The notes under the pieces: model-generated | The model's database searches: none | What the model was told of the DNA's origin: nothing | The model's input: only the letters and a program-made list of their open reading frames with translations | NCBI GenBank assembly: GCA_043803765.1 | Contig: JAZDJQ010000014.1 | Span: 14,721 to 78,720 of the forward strand | DNA length: 64,000 bases | Source of the DNA: Candidatus Iainarchaeum sp. | GTDB lineage: Archaea > Iainarchaeota > Iainarchaeia > Iainarchaeales > VGJJ01 | Direction of reading: 5' to 3' | Program-made: the position numbers and the translations under genes | In this document: positions 37,975 to 48,139 of the stretch, piece by piece | Position numbering within the stretch: position 1 is the first letter of the stretch | Layout: every line of letters begins with the position of its first letter

Positions 37975-38337
37975 TCACCGATACTCCCCCATCCCGCCCA
38001 TTCCACCCATTCCTCCATATTGGTCTCCTTGTCCTCCCATTCCTTGGAGCATGGCCATCATGTCGGGGCTCATTCCTTCTGGAGTGTCTTCGGATGGTTT
38101 TACTCCTATGAGGTATGCGAGGATGACGAGTCCTACTATAATATAGAATAGTTCTCCTTGCAGTTCTCCCCCTAGGAAGAAGAAAGTAATCCCGGTTACG
38201 AGTGTGAGGAGTATTCCGGAGATGGAATGAAGGGATAGGAGTAGAAAGAGGAGAATGATTAATCCTAACCATGTAATAGGATATTGCATGGCGATGGCAA
38301 GTAGAAAAACGGCCACGGCATATGTTAAAGTGTCCAC
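37975..38337 (-). CDS. Small membrane protein with Gly/Met-rich tail
   Basis: Hydrophobic core; GGMGGMGGMG C-terminus. Confidence 0.75.
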   Translation of the reverse strand: MDTLTYAVAVFLLAIAMQYPITWLGLIILLFLLLSLHSISGILLTLVTGITFFFLGGELQGELFYIIVGLVILAYLIGVKPSEDTPEGMSPDMMAMLQGMGGQGDQYGGMGGMGGMGEYR

Positions 38338-38352
38338 GTCATTCGTTCCTCC

Positions 38353-38598
38353 TTATTTGTCAAATATTCCTACTTTGGTGAATACGTCTTTTCCAAATGT
38401 GGCGAATGCCCACAATCCTACTAATAACCATACGAGTTCTGGGAACTGATAAAAAGTGAGGAATACAATCACGATTGCGGTTACAATAGCGAGGCGTGAA
38501 CTTCCTACGTTTCCTTTTGCCCAGTTGTATATCCAGATGAATAGGAAAATGGTAATGGCCAAATGGACGTTGTCGAGCAAGGCGTCGTACCAGAGCAT
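38353..38598 (-). CDS. Small membrane protein
   Basis: Three hydrophobic segments; TATA upstream. Confidence 0.75.
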   Translation of the reverse strand: MLWYDALLDNVHLAITIFLFIWIYNWAKGNVGSSRLAIVTAIVIVFLTFYQFPELVWLLVGLWAFATFGKDVFTKVGIFDK

Positions 38599-38642
38599 AC
38601 GTACTATTGCGGCTGGATTGTCCTATTTAAGGGGTGCTCTTT

Positions 38643-40229
38643 TCACCCGTCATAGGAGCGGGATTCATCCGCATGATGCAGGTATTTTTCCCATGTTATG
38701 CGTCGTAGTTCTTCTCCTGTTTGGGTGGGGTATTTTCCGGTGAGGCAGGCGGTGCAGAGATGTTCTTCGTCCAGTTGCAGTGCGGTAAATAATCCTTTTA
38801 GTGTTTGATAGTGCAGTGTTTCGACTCCTATTTCGTGTGCGAGTTTTTTTTCAATCGTGTGAATAATTTCTTCTTTTTCTTGGGTTATTGTTTGAGCGTA
38901 GGGTACGGCTGCCAGTTCTTTGTAGGTTGTCATGTCGATTCCATAGAAACAGGGGTGGAGAATAGGAGGGCAGGAGATTCGGGCGTGGACTTCAAGCGCT
39001 TTTCCTTCTTTTCGAATGCGTTCAGCTAGTATTCGTAGCGTATTTCCTCGTACGAGGGAGTCCTCTACGAGTATGACTTTTTTTCCTTTTAGTACCGATG
39101 CATTGATCGTGAATTTTTCTTTTATTTTGTCTTGCCATTCTCCTCCTTCAATGAATGTTCTTCCTATGTATCGGTTTCGTAGTAATCCTTCTTTTGCTGG
39201 CAGGTTAAGTGTGTAGGCATATCCGTCTGCTGCGGGTTTGCTTGTATCCGGTACATTGACTACAATATAGTCTGTTCGATTTGTTTTGATTTTTTCATTT
39301 TGTGCGAGTTGTACTCCTAATTGGTAGCGTGTTTCATAAACTGGCCTAGTTGAGAGTGTGCTTCCTGCTGATGCAAAATAGACCCATTCGAACATGCAGT
39401 GTGCGGACTGTTCGTGTGTTCCCATATATCTCGTATGAGTAAGTTTGTTGTGATGCACGCGCAGTATTTCTCCTGGTTTGATGTCGTGTATTCCATTGGG
39501 TACGAAGGGTAGGATGGCACAGTTTTCACTTGCTGCGAGGAAAAAATCGGGCGTGTCTACGTAGCATAGTGGTTTGAATCCTTTTGGGTCGCGTGCAAGA
39601 ACGAGTTCTCCCATTGCGTTGATAAAAGCAAGTGAGTAGGCTCCTTCTGCTTGTTCAAATAAATCGTGGAATGCGTTTTCGATTGGTCGTGGTTCATCGC
39701 TTCCGAGTTGATGGGCAATAAGGTGCATGAGTGTTTCGGTGTCTGATTTTCCATGAAAATAATAGGATTCTTTAACTAAGTGTTCTCGTATGTGCGGTGC
39801 ATTAGTAATCGTTCCATTGAATGCGTAGGCGAACCATTTCCACATTCGTGCGTGTGTTCGTTCAAAGGGTTGGGCGTCATCGCATGTGTTGCTTCCGCTT
39901 GTAGAATAGCGTGTGTGGCCGATTCCTATTGTTCCTTCGTTTTGTGTAAGGGTGTTTTTTCCTTTTTCAGTATCACCTAGGGAGAATACCTCATGTACGA
40001 GTCCGTTTCCTTTGTGCGTGCGGATGAGTGGGACTCGTTTTTCGTGGTAGGTTGAAATGCCGGCGGATAATTGTCCGCGATGTTGGAGTTGTTGGAGCAT
40101 TTTTTGGAGGAAGAATGCCGCTCCTCCTGGTGGATAATGCGATAATTCCTTTTTGAGGTAGACGGCGGCAATACCGCAGGCTTCATGCGGGTGTGTATTA
40201 AAAGTAATGGGGGTGGATTTCATTCTCAT
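38643..40229 (-). CDS. purF: Amidophosphoribosyltransferase
   Basis: HEACGI propeptide/Cys1, QHRGQ, GHTRYST, VEDSLVRG, Fe-S cysteines. Confidence 0.96.
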   Translation of the reverse strand: MRMKSTPITFNTHPHEACGIAAVYLKKELSHYPPGGAAFFLQKMLQQLQHRGQLSAGISTYHEKRVPLIRTHKGNGLVHEVFSLGDTEKGKNTLTQNEGTIGIGHTRYSTSGSNTCDDAQPFERTHARMWKWFAYAFNGTITNAPHIREHLVKESYYFHGKSDTETLMHLIAHQLGSDEPRPIENAFHDLFEQAEGAYSLAFINAMGELVLARDPKGFKPLCYVDTPDFFLAASENCAILPFVPNGIHDIKPGEILRVHHNKLTHTRYMGTHEQSAHCMFEWVYFASAGSTLSTRPVYETRYQLGVQLAQNEKIKTNRTDYIVVNVPDTSKPAADGYAYTLNLPAKEGLLRNRYIGRTFIEGGEWQDKIKEKFTINASVLKGKKVILVEDSLVRGNTLRILAERIRKEGKALEVHARISCPPILHPCFYGIDMTTYKELAAVPYAQTITQEKEEIIHTIEKKLAHEIGVETLHYQTLKGLFTALQLDEEHLCTACLTGKYPTQTGEELRRITWEKYLHHADESRSYDG

Positions 40230-40272
40230 TAGTTGGTTTTCAATCTACTTAAACGTAAGGAGGGAAAACGAA

Positions 40273-40998
40273 TTAGGAATCCCCGCCTAATCCGGCTGCT
40301 GCTTCATAGCGATTAGTAAATTTTCTTTCTCGTCTCTTTCGTTTGGGTCCGCGGTCTTCTCCTTCTCCATCTTTTATGGGGTATTCGAAATCCTCTACTT
40401 TTTTTGGAAACGCTTCTTCGTTTGGAATGTCTCCTTTTTGAAGCATTATTTCTTTGGCTAATAGCCAGTACACGAGTGCAAGGGATTTTCTTCCTTTGTT
40501 GTTGATGGGGATAACCACGTCCACGTTTGCGAGGACATTGTTTGTGGAGGCGAGTGCTACTACTACTGCGCGTACTTTGCTTGCTTCGGCGATCGCTTGT
40601 GCGTCGGATTCGGGTTCGGTAATAATAACAAGTTGGGGTTGGATGAATTCTTTTCCTTCTGGATTGGTGAATGTTCCGGGTACGAATCTCCCGGTAATCG
40701 CATACGCTCCTATGCTTTTGGCGAATTCCTCTGCGGGTGTTTTTCCATAGAGTTTTCGTGAGACGATTACTATTTTCTTTGAGTCGAACTTTGAAAGGAA
40801 TTGTCCTACTTGTTTTACTCGTTCGTCGATTACTTGTACGTCTAATACTTTCAATCCGTCTTTGCGTTGTTTGTAGATATAGCGCAACATGTCCCCGCTC
40901 TTGAATCGGGTTCCGATGTGTGCCCCGGTGGTGAGGTATTTTTCGATTGCCGGATTGGCAACCGGAACATTTTGGTTGTCTTCTTGGATATCAGTCAT
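40273..40998 (-). CDS. rps2: 30S ribosomal protein uS2
   Basis: GAHIGT, GRFVPGTFTNP, INNKGRKS. Confidence 0.97.
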   Translation of the reverse strand: MTDIQEDNQNVPVANPAIEKYLTTGAHIGTRFKSGDMLRYIYKQRKDGLKVLDVQVIDERVKQVGQFLSKFDSKKIVIVSRKLYGKTPAEEFAKSIGAYAITGRFVPGTFTNPEGKEFIQPQLVIITEPESDAQAIAEASKVRAVVVALASTNNVLANVDVVIPINNKGRKSLALVYWLLAKEIMLQKGDIPNEEAFPKKVEDFEYPIKDGEGEDRGPKRKRRERKFTNRYEAAAGLGGDS

Positions 40999-41021
40999 AT
41001 ATTTTCGTTCCTCTTAATCAT

Positions 41022-41216
41022 TTAGGTATTGTATCTCATTACATCGTCAATGAGCTCAACGTGTGCCATGAGCATGCGGCGGCAACAATAGCGTGTTATG
41101 CCAAGTTCTTTGAATACTTCTTCGGGTGTTTCTCCTTTTAGCGTTCGCTGTTTGTATTCTTCGAATTGTCCGGCGAGGGGTTTTCCGCAGGAAAAGCATC
41201 GGATGGGTGTGATCAT
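41022..41216 (-). CDS. rpoN: RNA polymerase subunit Rpo10 (N)
   Basis: PIRCFSCGK..RYCCRRML. Confidence 0.97.
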   Translation of the reverse strand: MITPIRCFSCGKPLAGQFEEYKQRTLKGETPEEVFKELGITRYCCRRMLMAHVELIDDVMRYNT

Positions 41217-41236
41217 GGTTTTTCGTTCCTCCTGTT

Positions 41237-41644
41237 TCATCGTTTTGAGTGTTGTTTCTTAGTACGTGCTTTTGGTCCTAATGGCTTTTTGGGTTCTGTT
41301 CGGCGGGAATCGTCGACTAATAGCATTCGGTCGTATGCTAAATATTTCTTTTTGAGTTTTTCGTCTCGTGTGTAGCCCATAATTGCTTTTGCGATACTGG
41401 TTCGGGCGGCGACGGCTTGGCTCATGGCTCCTGACCCTGTTACGTTGACGGAAATGTTGATTCCTTGTATTGCGTCTCCTGCAAGAATGATAGGTTCTCG
41501 TATGAGGGCTTGGACAATGGCCGGTTCTACTAGTTCTAGTCTTCGTGAGTTAATACGTATAATTCCTTTTCCTTCTGATACGGTTGCTTTGGCGACGGCT
41601 TCTTTTTTGGTTGCTTTGAATTGTGTTTCTTTTTTCTTTGCCAT
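41237..41644 (-). CDS. rps9: 30S ribosomal protein uS9
   Basis: YDRMLLVDDSRRTEPKK..ARTKKQHSKR. Confidence 0.96.
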   Translation of the reverse strand: MAKKKETQFKATKKEAVAKATVSEGKGIIRINSRRLELVEPAIVQALIREPIILAGDAIQGINISVNVTGSGAMSQAVAARTSIAKAIMGYTRDEKLKKKYLAYDRMLLVDDSRRTEPKKPLGPKARTKKQHSKR

Positions 41645-41648
41645 ACTG

Positions 41649-42137
41649 TTATCCCTTCACCGGTTGATGATATCCTAGTGCGCGTGCTAATTCCAATACG
41701 CTTGTAATGTTTTTTGTTTTGGTGTTGCGTGCTTTCTCGAATATTTCGATTCCTTCTTTTTTGACGTTCGACGGAATGCCAATGTATGTTTTGAGTCGTC
41801 TCATGGCATCGCGTCCCCGTTCTTGTTTAGAGGGAACCATTCCTTCTACTATTTCGCGTACAATACGGTCGGGTGTTTTGTGGAATATTGGTCCGTATTC
41901 GGGGTTTCCTCTTGGTCGTAAATCCAATCGTGTCTGCCATCGCTTTACTAGTAATCGGTCATTTCCTGTGAATACGGCTTTTTCCGTGTTAATGATAATA
42001 ATCGTGTCTCCTTTTAGTAGTTTTTCTGCCACGAGGCTGGCCATTCTTCCTACGATGAGGTTGGTAGCATCAATCGTGTGCGTTCGCTGCATTTTTACCG
42101 TAATGGTCTTTTTTGTTGTTTGGTTTGGAGTAGTCAT
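41649..42137 (-). CDS. rpl13: 50S ribosomal protein uL13
   Basis: IDATNLIVGRMAS..GPIFHKTPD. Confidence 0.96.
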   Translation of the reverse strand: MTTPNQTTKKTITVKMQRTHTIDATNLIVGRMASLVAEKLLKGDTIIIINTEKAVFTGNDRLLVKRWQTRLDLRPRGNPEYGPIFHKTPDRIVREIVEGMVPSKQERGRDAMRRLKTYIGIPSNVKKEGIEIFEKARNTKTKNITSVLELARALGYHQPVKG

Positions 42138-42144
42138 AGGAGTA

Positions 42145-42513
42145 TTATTTCACCAATACTAGTTTTTTGGATGGGATTTTTTCCTTTACTAATTCTTCTA
42201 ATAGGTGTGCTTTTCCTTTTGCTTCTTCTATTTTTCTCTTGGCGCTTCCCGTATAACGTAATGCGGCTACGTGGATTGGCTGGTTAAGTGTTCCATTTCC
42301 TAATACGATTCCCGGTACCAAAAGTATTTTGTCGGGGTGGGTTGTTCCCATTTTGTTGAGATGCGTTAAGTTTACCTCTGTTCGTCTTCGTGTGGAAGTG
42401 GTGAGTAAAGTAGAGAGTACAGTATAGGCTCCTTCTTTGGTTGCCTTTCCATGTTTCTCAATGGCAACTACCAGGGCTCTGGTTCTAATGTGGGTTGGTC
42501 CGGTGCGTTTCAT
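42145..42513 (-). CDS. rpl18e: 50S ribosomal protein eL18
   Basis: RRRTEVNL..VPGIVLGNG..SAKRKIEEAKG. Confidence 0.95.
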   Translation of the reverse strand: MKRTGPTHIRTRALVVAIEKHGKATKEGAYTVLSTLLTTSTRRRTEVNLTHLNKMGTTHPDKILLVPGIVLGNGTLNQPIHVAALRYTGSAKRKIEEAKGKAHLLEELVKEKIPSKKLVLVK

Positions 42514-42547
42514 AGTAAATCATGGATTGTTTTTTTCTTGTTTGAAA

Positions 42548-42631
42548 TGCAGGAGACAGGATTCGAACCTGCGAAGGCACTAAGCCACGGGATCTTAAGT
42601 CCCGCCCCTTTGACCGCTCGGGAACTCCTGC
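42548..42631 (-). tRNA. tRNA-Leu(TAA)
   Basis: Cloverleaf with long variable arm; anticodon arm CGGGA-CTTAAGA-TCCCG. Confidence 0.96.
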
Positions 42632-42699
42632 GGGTAGCAAGAAATGGACCCCGATAGCGTTAATAAGGTGGGCTTTTTCTCCCTTTTTTTCACGTGGTG

Positions 42700-43467
42700 T
42701 TACAACCCCTCCTCGATTTGGTGATGGAAATCTTTTGTTTTTTCGATTAATACGTTGCAGGCTGAATGGAGGATGTCCTTGTTGCTCATTCCCCCGTGCG
42801 TTTCCATCATGAGAATAAACCCTGAGTCATCGGCATCTACTTGGATGTGTTGGCTTCCCCCTACTTCCTCGCAACGTCCGCAGAGGGTACAGTCTCCTGC
42901 TTCGGTGATGCTGAGTTTTTTTCCTTTTGTTTCGATAATGTTGACGGGGCAGCTTTTGATTATTTTTTCCATTATTGCGGGAGAAATAGTATCGGCGATG
43001 GTGAAAATGGGGAGGGCGCGGTATCCTATTACGGCGGGTTGGAACTTGACATGGTCTTTTCCTTGTCCCATGATGGCTTCTCCTTCTAGTCGGATGCGTT
43101 GGTCTGCTTTAAGTTTTGTGAGTGGTATTTTTTCATCGACTATTTTGATTCCGGGGTCGGCTATTTTGATGTCTTTGCTGTATACCGTTCCGGGCCCTGC
43201 TATGTCAAGGGAGATTTTTATTTTGTCTCCTAATTTGTATGATTTAACATCCGTTGTGAGTGGGATAAGTCCGAGTCGGTGGCCTAAAAACTCGTCAAAT
43301 AATACCCCGTTATTTTCGTAGATGGATAATTCTTCGATTGCGAGAGTGGGAACTTCGCTCATTACTACTCGGCGAAGCGCGTTGATTGTAGATGTACTTG
43401 TTCCTTTGATTAAAATGTGGGAAGTATTTCCCTTATCCGTTAATACTTTGATTGCGTTTCGTGCCAT
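42700..43467 (-). CDS. rpoD: RNA polymerase subunit Rpo3 (D)
   Basis: NALRR..EVPTLAI, HRLGLIPL, ferredoxin-like CTLCGRC. Confidence 0.96.
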   Translation of the reverse strand: MARNAIKVLTDKGNTSHILIKGTSTSTINALRRVVMSEVPTLAIEELSIYENNGVLFDEFLGHRLGLIPLTTDVKSYKLGDKIKISLDIAGPGTVYSKDIKIADPGIKIVDEKIPLTKLKADQRIRLEGEAIMGQGKDHVKFQPAVIGYRALPIFTIADTISPAIMEKIIKSCPVNIIETKGKKLSITEAGDCTLCGRCEEVGGSQHIQVDADDSGFILMMETHGGMSNKDILHSACNVLIEKTKDFHHQIEEGL

Positions 43468-43485
43468 ATGTTGTAGTCCTCCATC

Positions 43486-43890
43486 CTAGACTTTCTTGCT
43501 CCGGTGTTTCTTTTTCTTTCGTGTTCCATCGTGCGGGGTAGGAGTTACATTCTCAATGGAGAGGATGCGTATCCCATTTCGTGTTAAGCTTCGAATGCCT
43601 GCTTCTGCTCCCTGCCCCGGGTTGCGTGGTCGTATTCCTCCTTTGGCGCGCACACGCACATGTACGGTGAAAATTCCTTTTTCTCTTGCTTTTTGGGCGA
43701 TGATTTCGGCTATTTTCATTGCGGCGTACGGGCTTCCTTCTTTATGCTGTGTTTTGATAACGACTCCGCCTGAGCACTTGGCCAGTGTCTCGGACCCTGT
43801 GGCGTCGGTTAGGAGCATGATGGTGTTGTTGTGCGTTGCGAAAATGTGCACTAATCCTATTTTGTCTTCGCGTCCGGTCATGGTATTCAC
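43486..43890 (-). CDS. rps11: 30S ribosomal protein uS11
   Basis: HIFATHNNTI, SPYAAM, VTPTPHDG. Confidence 0.97.
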   Translation of the reverse strand: MNTMTGREDKIGLVHIFATHNNTIMLLTDATGSETLAKCSGGVVIKTQHKEGSPYAAMKIAEIIAQKAREKGIFTVHVRVRAKGGIRPRNPGQGAEAGIRSLTRNGIRILSIENVTPTPHDGTRKKKKHRSKKV

Positions 43891-44543
43891 TTCCCTTCCT
43901 TTGTTTCGGCTTCATTCAATGCATCGGTTGCATCGGGCGATACGGGTTTTTCTGTTTCTTCTCCTGCTAATACTGTTTCTACTCCTGTTGGTTCGCCCCG
44001 CATTTCGGCGAAGTCTTTTTCGATTTGTTTTTTATCCTTTTTTGCTGTTTCTGGACTTTCGAGTATCATGGGTTTTCCAAAATAGGCGATGGTTGCTTCT
44101 TCTTCTTTTGTTACCATGTAGGATGGAATGGTTACTTTTTTGTTATTGATTCCAATATGACCGTGCGTAATGAATTGTCGTGCCTGTTTGGTGGTGTTGG
44201 CTAAGTGTTTTCTCCATACAATTGTTTGAAGCCTTCTTTCCATTAGGCTTTCGAGTGTTAATCCTAATACTTCGCTCACGGTTGGTTTTCCTCTCATTAT
44301 CCCTGCGTGTACAAGTGAATTGAGTAGTTCTTTTTCTTTTTCTACTCTTTTTTCCAGTGGGAGCGCTAATACTTTTTTGGCGTTCGCTCTTTTGTTTCGC
44401 AGTAATTCATTCACTCGCCGTAACTCGCGTTTATTGTGAAGGCCGTATAATTCAAGTGTTTCTTTTTCTTGGTCTAACAGCTTTTTATCCCACGGCTTCT
44501 TGGGGTTGCTGTATTTTTTTCGTGCGAATCTTGGGTCTCCCAT
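43887..44543 (-). CDS. rps4: 30S ribosomal protein uS4
   Basis: MGDP.., ERRLQT, ARQFITHGHI. Confidence 0.97.
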   Translation of the reverse strand: MGDPRFARKKYSNPKKPWDKKLLDQEKETLELYGLHNKRELRRVNELLRNKRANAKKVLALPLEKRVEKEKELLNSLVHAGIMRGKPTVSEVLGLTLESLMERRLQTIVWRKHLANTTKQARQFITHGHIGINNKKVTIPSYMVTKEEEATIAYFGKPMILESPETAKKDKKQIEKDFAEMRGEPTGVETVLAGEETEKPVSPDATDALNEAETKEGK

Positions 44544-44555
44544 GTGTGTTCACCT

Positions 44556-45071
44556 TTATTTTTTCTTTGCTCCGGTTTCCGGTGCCGCTGGTTTTCCTGC
44601 AGTAGCGGGCTTTTCTTCTTTCTTCTTTTCTACTCCTACTGCTGCTCCTTTGTTTCGTCCGCTTGTTTTGGTGCGTTGTCCTCGTACGGTTAGGCCGAGT
44701 GAGTGGCGTATTCCTTTGTAGGATCGGAGTTTCTTCATTGTTTGCAAATCGTTTCGGATGGCAAAGTCGAGTTCATTTGTTACAAGGTGGGCCGTGTTTC
44801 CGTTTATTGCGCGTCGGCGGTTCAGCATCCATTCGGGGATGCGATGCTGGTCAGGGTGCATGACAATATCCTCTAGTTTGGCATCCTGTTCTTCAGTAAT
44901 GCTTCCTAATGGAGCGGTATGGGCTACTCCAAATTCTTTTTCGAATTGGTAGGCTATTGCGCGTGCCATTCGGGTTCCAATTCCTTTGATTCCGGTTAGT
45001 GCCCTGAAAATGGGCTTGTTTCCGTTTAGGTCGCGGTTGGCAATTCGTACAAAGTAGCGGTGTTCGGCCAT
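44556..45071 (-). CDS. rps13: 30S ribosomal protein uS13
   Basis: ALTGIKGIG, YKGIRH..GLTVRGQRT. Confidence 0.97.
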   Translation of the reverse strand: MAEHRYFVRIANRDLNGNKPIFRALTGIKGIGTRMARAIAYQFEKEFGVAHTAPLGSITEEQDAKLEDIVMHPDQHRIPEWMLNRRRAINGNTAHLVTNELDFAIRNDLQTMKKLRSYKGIRHSLGLTVRGQRTKTSGRNKGAAVGVEKKKEEKPATAGKPAAPETGAKKK

Positions 45072-45084
45072 ACTGTTTTCTCCT

Positions 45085-45312
45085 TTATCCTTTCAGCGCC
45101 TCGCTGAGTTGTTTTCGAGTGTAATTTTCTGGAAGGCTGATGATTTGACTTGTTGGGAGTAAGTGTTGGATGTTTGCTTTTGATTTTTTGGTTTGCGGTC
45201 CTTCAATTACTACCATTCCTTTTTTTGTTTTTTCTAAAACAATTACTTTTTGTCCTGCATCTCGTCCGTGTGTTTTGTAGCACACTCTTCCCTGCGTGAA
45301 TATTTCAATCAT
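45085..45312 (-). CDS. rpl14e: 50S ribosomal protein eL14
   Basis: GRVCYKTHGRDAGQK..NIQHLLPT. Confidence 0.93.
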   Translation of the reverse strand: MIEIFTQGRVCYKTHGRDAGQKVIVLEKTKKGMVVIEGPQTKKSKANIQHLLPTSQIISLPENYTRKQLSEALKG

Positions 45313-45650
45313 GCGCTCACCTTTTTGTCAAGCTGTTGTACGTAGGGTTTGATTCGTAAATCTAAATCGTTTGTTTTTTTGGTTCCTGTTTTTACTCGAA
45401 TTGTTTCAATAATCACTTTGCTTCGGCATTCTGAGCACAAAATGCCTGCGAACACTCCAGTGGGGCGTCGTTGTGTTTTTGTTTTTCCTTTTCGTTGTGC
45501 GTTATTTAGTCCGTTGGGAACTCCGTGAAGATTTTTTTGGCATAATGCGCACGTAAGTTTAGCGTGCTTTTTTCCTTTAACCACCATCTTGGTTCCTTTA
45601 GCGGTGCGGCGGAAGACGCGGTGTTTTCTTCTATCGGATTTAGTTGGCAT
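45309..45650 (-). CDS. rpl34e: 50S ribosomal protein eL34
   Basis: CALC..LHGVP..RRPT..GILCSEC. Confidence 0.93.
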   Translation of the reverse strand: MPTKSDRRKHRVFRRTAKGTKMVVKGKKHAKLTCALCQKNLHGVPNGLNNAQRKGKTKTQRRPTGVFAGILCSECRSKVIIETIRVKTGTKKTNDLDLRIKPYVQQLDKKVSA

Positions 45651-46146
45651 GATTTTTTCCTTCGGATGGTAGTAGTTGTGCGTGGATGGGTTGTTTTTCT
45701 TCCTGTTTTTTGAAATACCAGTTAATGACATGGTTCACGAAGAGCGAGATGATGAAGCTGCATAGGACATAGTACCAGAACCAATCGGTTGTTTTCCATA
45801 TCCAATTGAATGGTGGAAATAATGGTACGGTGATTCCTTGATATACTTGGCTTATCATCGCATAGAGGGGGATGAACACAATCATGTTGCCAATCATCAG
45901 CTTGGGCATTGTTTTCATGCTCATGGTTGTGAGTGACATCATTTCTTGTTGTACTCTCTCCAATTCCTGCGGATTCGCTTCTTTTCCTTTCGCCATCAAC
46001 TCCTTGTATTCCTTGTTTTTTTCCTGCATTTTTTTTTGGTTTTTTCTCATTTCTTTTCTGTCCGTGAGCACCGTTTGGATGGTTTGGGTGATGACCGCGA
46101 ATAGGGCGGCGACGAGTACCAAATCCACTTGGGGGCTGACGAACAT
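45640..46146 (-). CDS. EMC3/TMCO1 (DUF106, Oxa1-superfamily) membrane protein
   Basis: TM-coiled coil-TM-TM with WFWYYVLCS; conserved position after secY. Confidence 0.9.
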   Translation of the reverse strand: MFVSPQVDLVLVAALFAVITQTIQTVLTDRKEMRKNQKKMQEKNKEYKELMAKGKEANPQELERVQQEMMSLTTMSMKTMPKLMIGNMIVFIPLYAMISQVYQGITVPLFPPFNWIWKTTDWFWYYVLCSFIISLFVNHVINWYFKKQEEKQPIHAQLLPSEGKNHAN

Positions 46147-46256
46147 AGTTTTTTTGCTGGAAAATGCCAAAATCCCTCAGGATAAGGGGTTTTTCCTACC
46201 CAATCCCCTTGAGGAATGTTTTAAAACAGTGGTTGGTCGTTTCCTGCATTTTCCTC

Positions 46257-47642
46257 CTATTTTTCTCCAAAGAAGGCCTTGAGGGCAGGATGCATGTCCA
46301 TCAGCTGGGCTTTGGCCAATTCTTCGTATAATCGGTATACGATTCCTACGGCGAGTAATACCCCTGTTCCGGATACGAGAGAGGCGACTGTAATATCGGA
46401 TAGGCCGGCGAGTAACCCTACAAAAATGGACCCTAGAATCGTGACTTGGGGGATGTAGCGGTCAAGCACTTTTTGCATAATCCTCGGGTCTCGTCTAAAT
46501 CCCGGAATGCTCATCCCGCTTCGGTCGAGTTGCTCCGATACGGCTTTGCTTCCTTGCCCGCCTAACTCGATCCAGAATTTTCCAAATACGACACAGGCAA
46601 GTACGAGTAATACCAAATAGACGATGGCCTGCACCACTTCCATAGCGGTTGTGGATGTAATTCCCAATGTTAATAGTCCTTCAATAAGTGAAAATCCTCC
46701 TCCTACTCGTGGGGGTTGTGTTGCCCAAGAGAGGCCTGAGAAGAGCGTGTTGAGGTAAGGTATTCCTGCGGTGAGGGCGGCCCATAATTGTACGTTGGCG
46801 AATAAAGCGGCGGCGAGAATCACGGGCATGTTGCTCACGTAGAGGAATTTTACTGGAAATCGTCCTCCTGCTCCTGTTTGTCCCATGGCAATGGGAATGT
46901 TTACATGCATTCCTTCGGCAAATACCACTCCGAGGAAAATGAGGATAACAAATAGAATAGGAACAAGTCCTACGAATGCACTGTATGCGTTTCCTTCGAT
47001 TAGGGATTGTGCAATGGTAAATATTCGTCCTGCGCTTCCAAATGCGTCAGCAGGTCGGAAGACTTGCCAGAAAAACCCTTGGGCGACTCCTCCTGCAATG
47101 AATAATCCTATTCCGCTTCCAATTCCCCATTTTGAAACCATTTCGTCTAAGTATAACAGGACAATACTTCCTATGGCAATTTGAAGCATGACAAATGGAA
47201 ACATTCCTTCTCCTGCTTGTAGGAATCCTACTCCGGGTATGCCAAACCCAAGAAATGCGGCTCCTTCAAAGAAAGAAAGAATAATGGCGAGTAATTTTTG
47301 GGTGCTGGTAAAACGTGCTTTGTTTTCTGGGATGGATAAATCTATCTTTAGAAATCCTCCTCCTACAAGTAATTGCAGAATAATGGATGCTAACACAATG
47401 GGTCCAATTCCTACTGTGATGAGCGACCCGATATCGGATGCTAAAATGGTTTGGAGCGCTTCCACTTGTTGAATGGACTGTCCCGTGAGTCCGATTAGTT
47501 CAATTTGACTCATGGAAAAGAATAGAATGAGTGCTGCTGCTGAATAGAATATGCGGCGCATGAGCGGGGGGCTTGTTTCCGGTCGGCGAACCTCGGGTAA
47601 CATTTTGAGAATGGGGTCCAGCTTCGCGAAGACATCCACCAT
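46257..47642 (-). CDS. secY: Preprotein translocase SecY
   Basis: LPEV..P, GIGPIV, KWGIGSG, YVSNMPVI, IPGFRRD. Confidence 0.98.
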   Translation of the reverse strand: MVDVFAKLDPILKMLPEVRRPETSPPLMRRIFYSAAALILFFSMSQIELIGLTGQSIQQVEALQTILASDIGSLITVGIGPIVLASIILQLLVGGGFLKIDLSIPENKARFTSTQKLLAIILSFFEGAAFLGFGIPGVGFLQAGEGMFPFVMLQIAIGSIVLLYLDEMVSKWGIGSGIGLFIAGGVAQGFFWQVFRPADAFGSAGRIFTIAQSLIEGNAYSAFVGLVPILFVILIFLGVVFAEGMHVNIPIAMGQTGAGGRFPVKFLYVSNMPVILAAALFANVQLWAALTAGIPYLNTLFSGLSWATQPPRVGGGFSLIEGLLTLGITSTTAMEVVQAIVYLVLLVLACVVFGKFWIELGGQGSKAVSEQLDRSGMSIPGFRRDPRIMQKVLDRYIPQVTILGSIFVGLLAGLSDITVASLVSGTGVLLAVGIVYRLYEELAKAQLMDMHPALKAFFGEK

Positions 47643-48127
47643 TATGCATCGCCGTCCCGCAGTGAAGGGTCGTTGACTTTCGTCTCGCCCGCATCTGCAT
47701 TGAATGTGTCTTCAATTTCTCCCTCGGCTTCTTCTATTTTTTGCCGGGCTTTTTCACTTACTTTAATATGGCGAATATACAAGTTTTCGGGAACAATTCC
47801 CGATCCTAATAGTTTGGATACTCCTACTTTTCTTCCATCAATAATCCATAATCCGTCTTCTTGTACTATTTTTCCTTGGTCTGCCCATTTGGGCAGGTAG
47901 GAAGCAAGTTGGGAAACATTAATAGCGATCCCTTTCGTTGTGCGTGGGTTTTGTCTTACTTTGACACCGAATGTTGCATGGTATTTAGAGAACTTGTGTT
48001 TGTGGCTTCCTGCTTTTCCTCTTCCTCCGCGGTTCCCTGCTCCACGTCTGTTCTTGGTGTCGCCGTGTCCGTGCGTCCGCTCTCCTCGTTGCTTGTTTCG
48101 GGTTGTTTTTTTGCTTCGAACGACCAT
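47642..48127 (-). CDS. rpl15: 50S ribosomal protein uL15
   Basis: RGERTHGHG..RGAGNRGGRGKAG. Confidence 0.96.
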   Translation of the reverse strand: MVVRSKKTTRNKQRGERTHGHGDTKNRRGAGNRGGRGKAGSHKHKFSKYHATFGVKVRQNPRTTKGIAINVSQLASYLPKWADQGKIVQEDGLWIIDGRKVGVSKLLGSGIVPENLYIRHIKVSEKARQKIEEAEGEIEDTFNADAGETKVNDPSLRDGDA

Positions 48128-48139
48128 TTTTTCACCTTT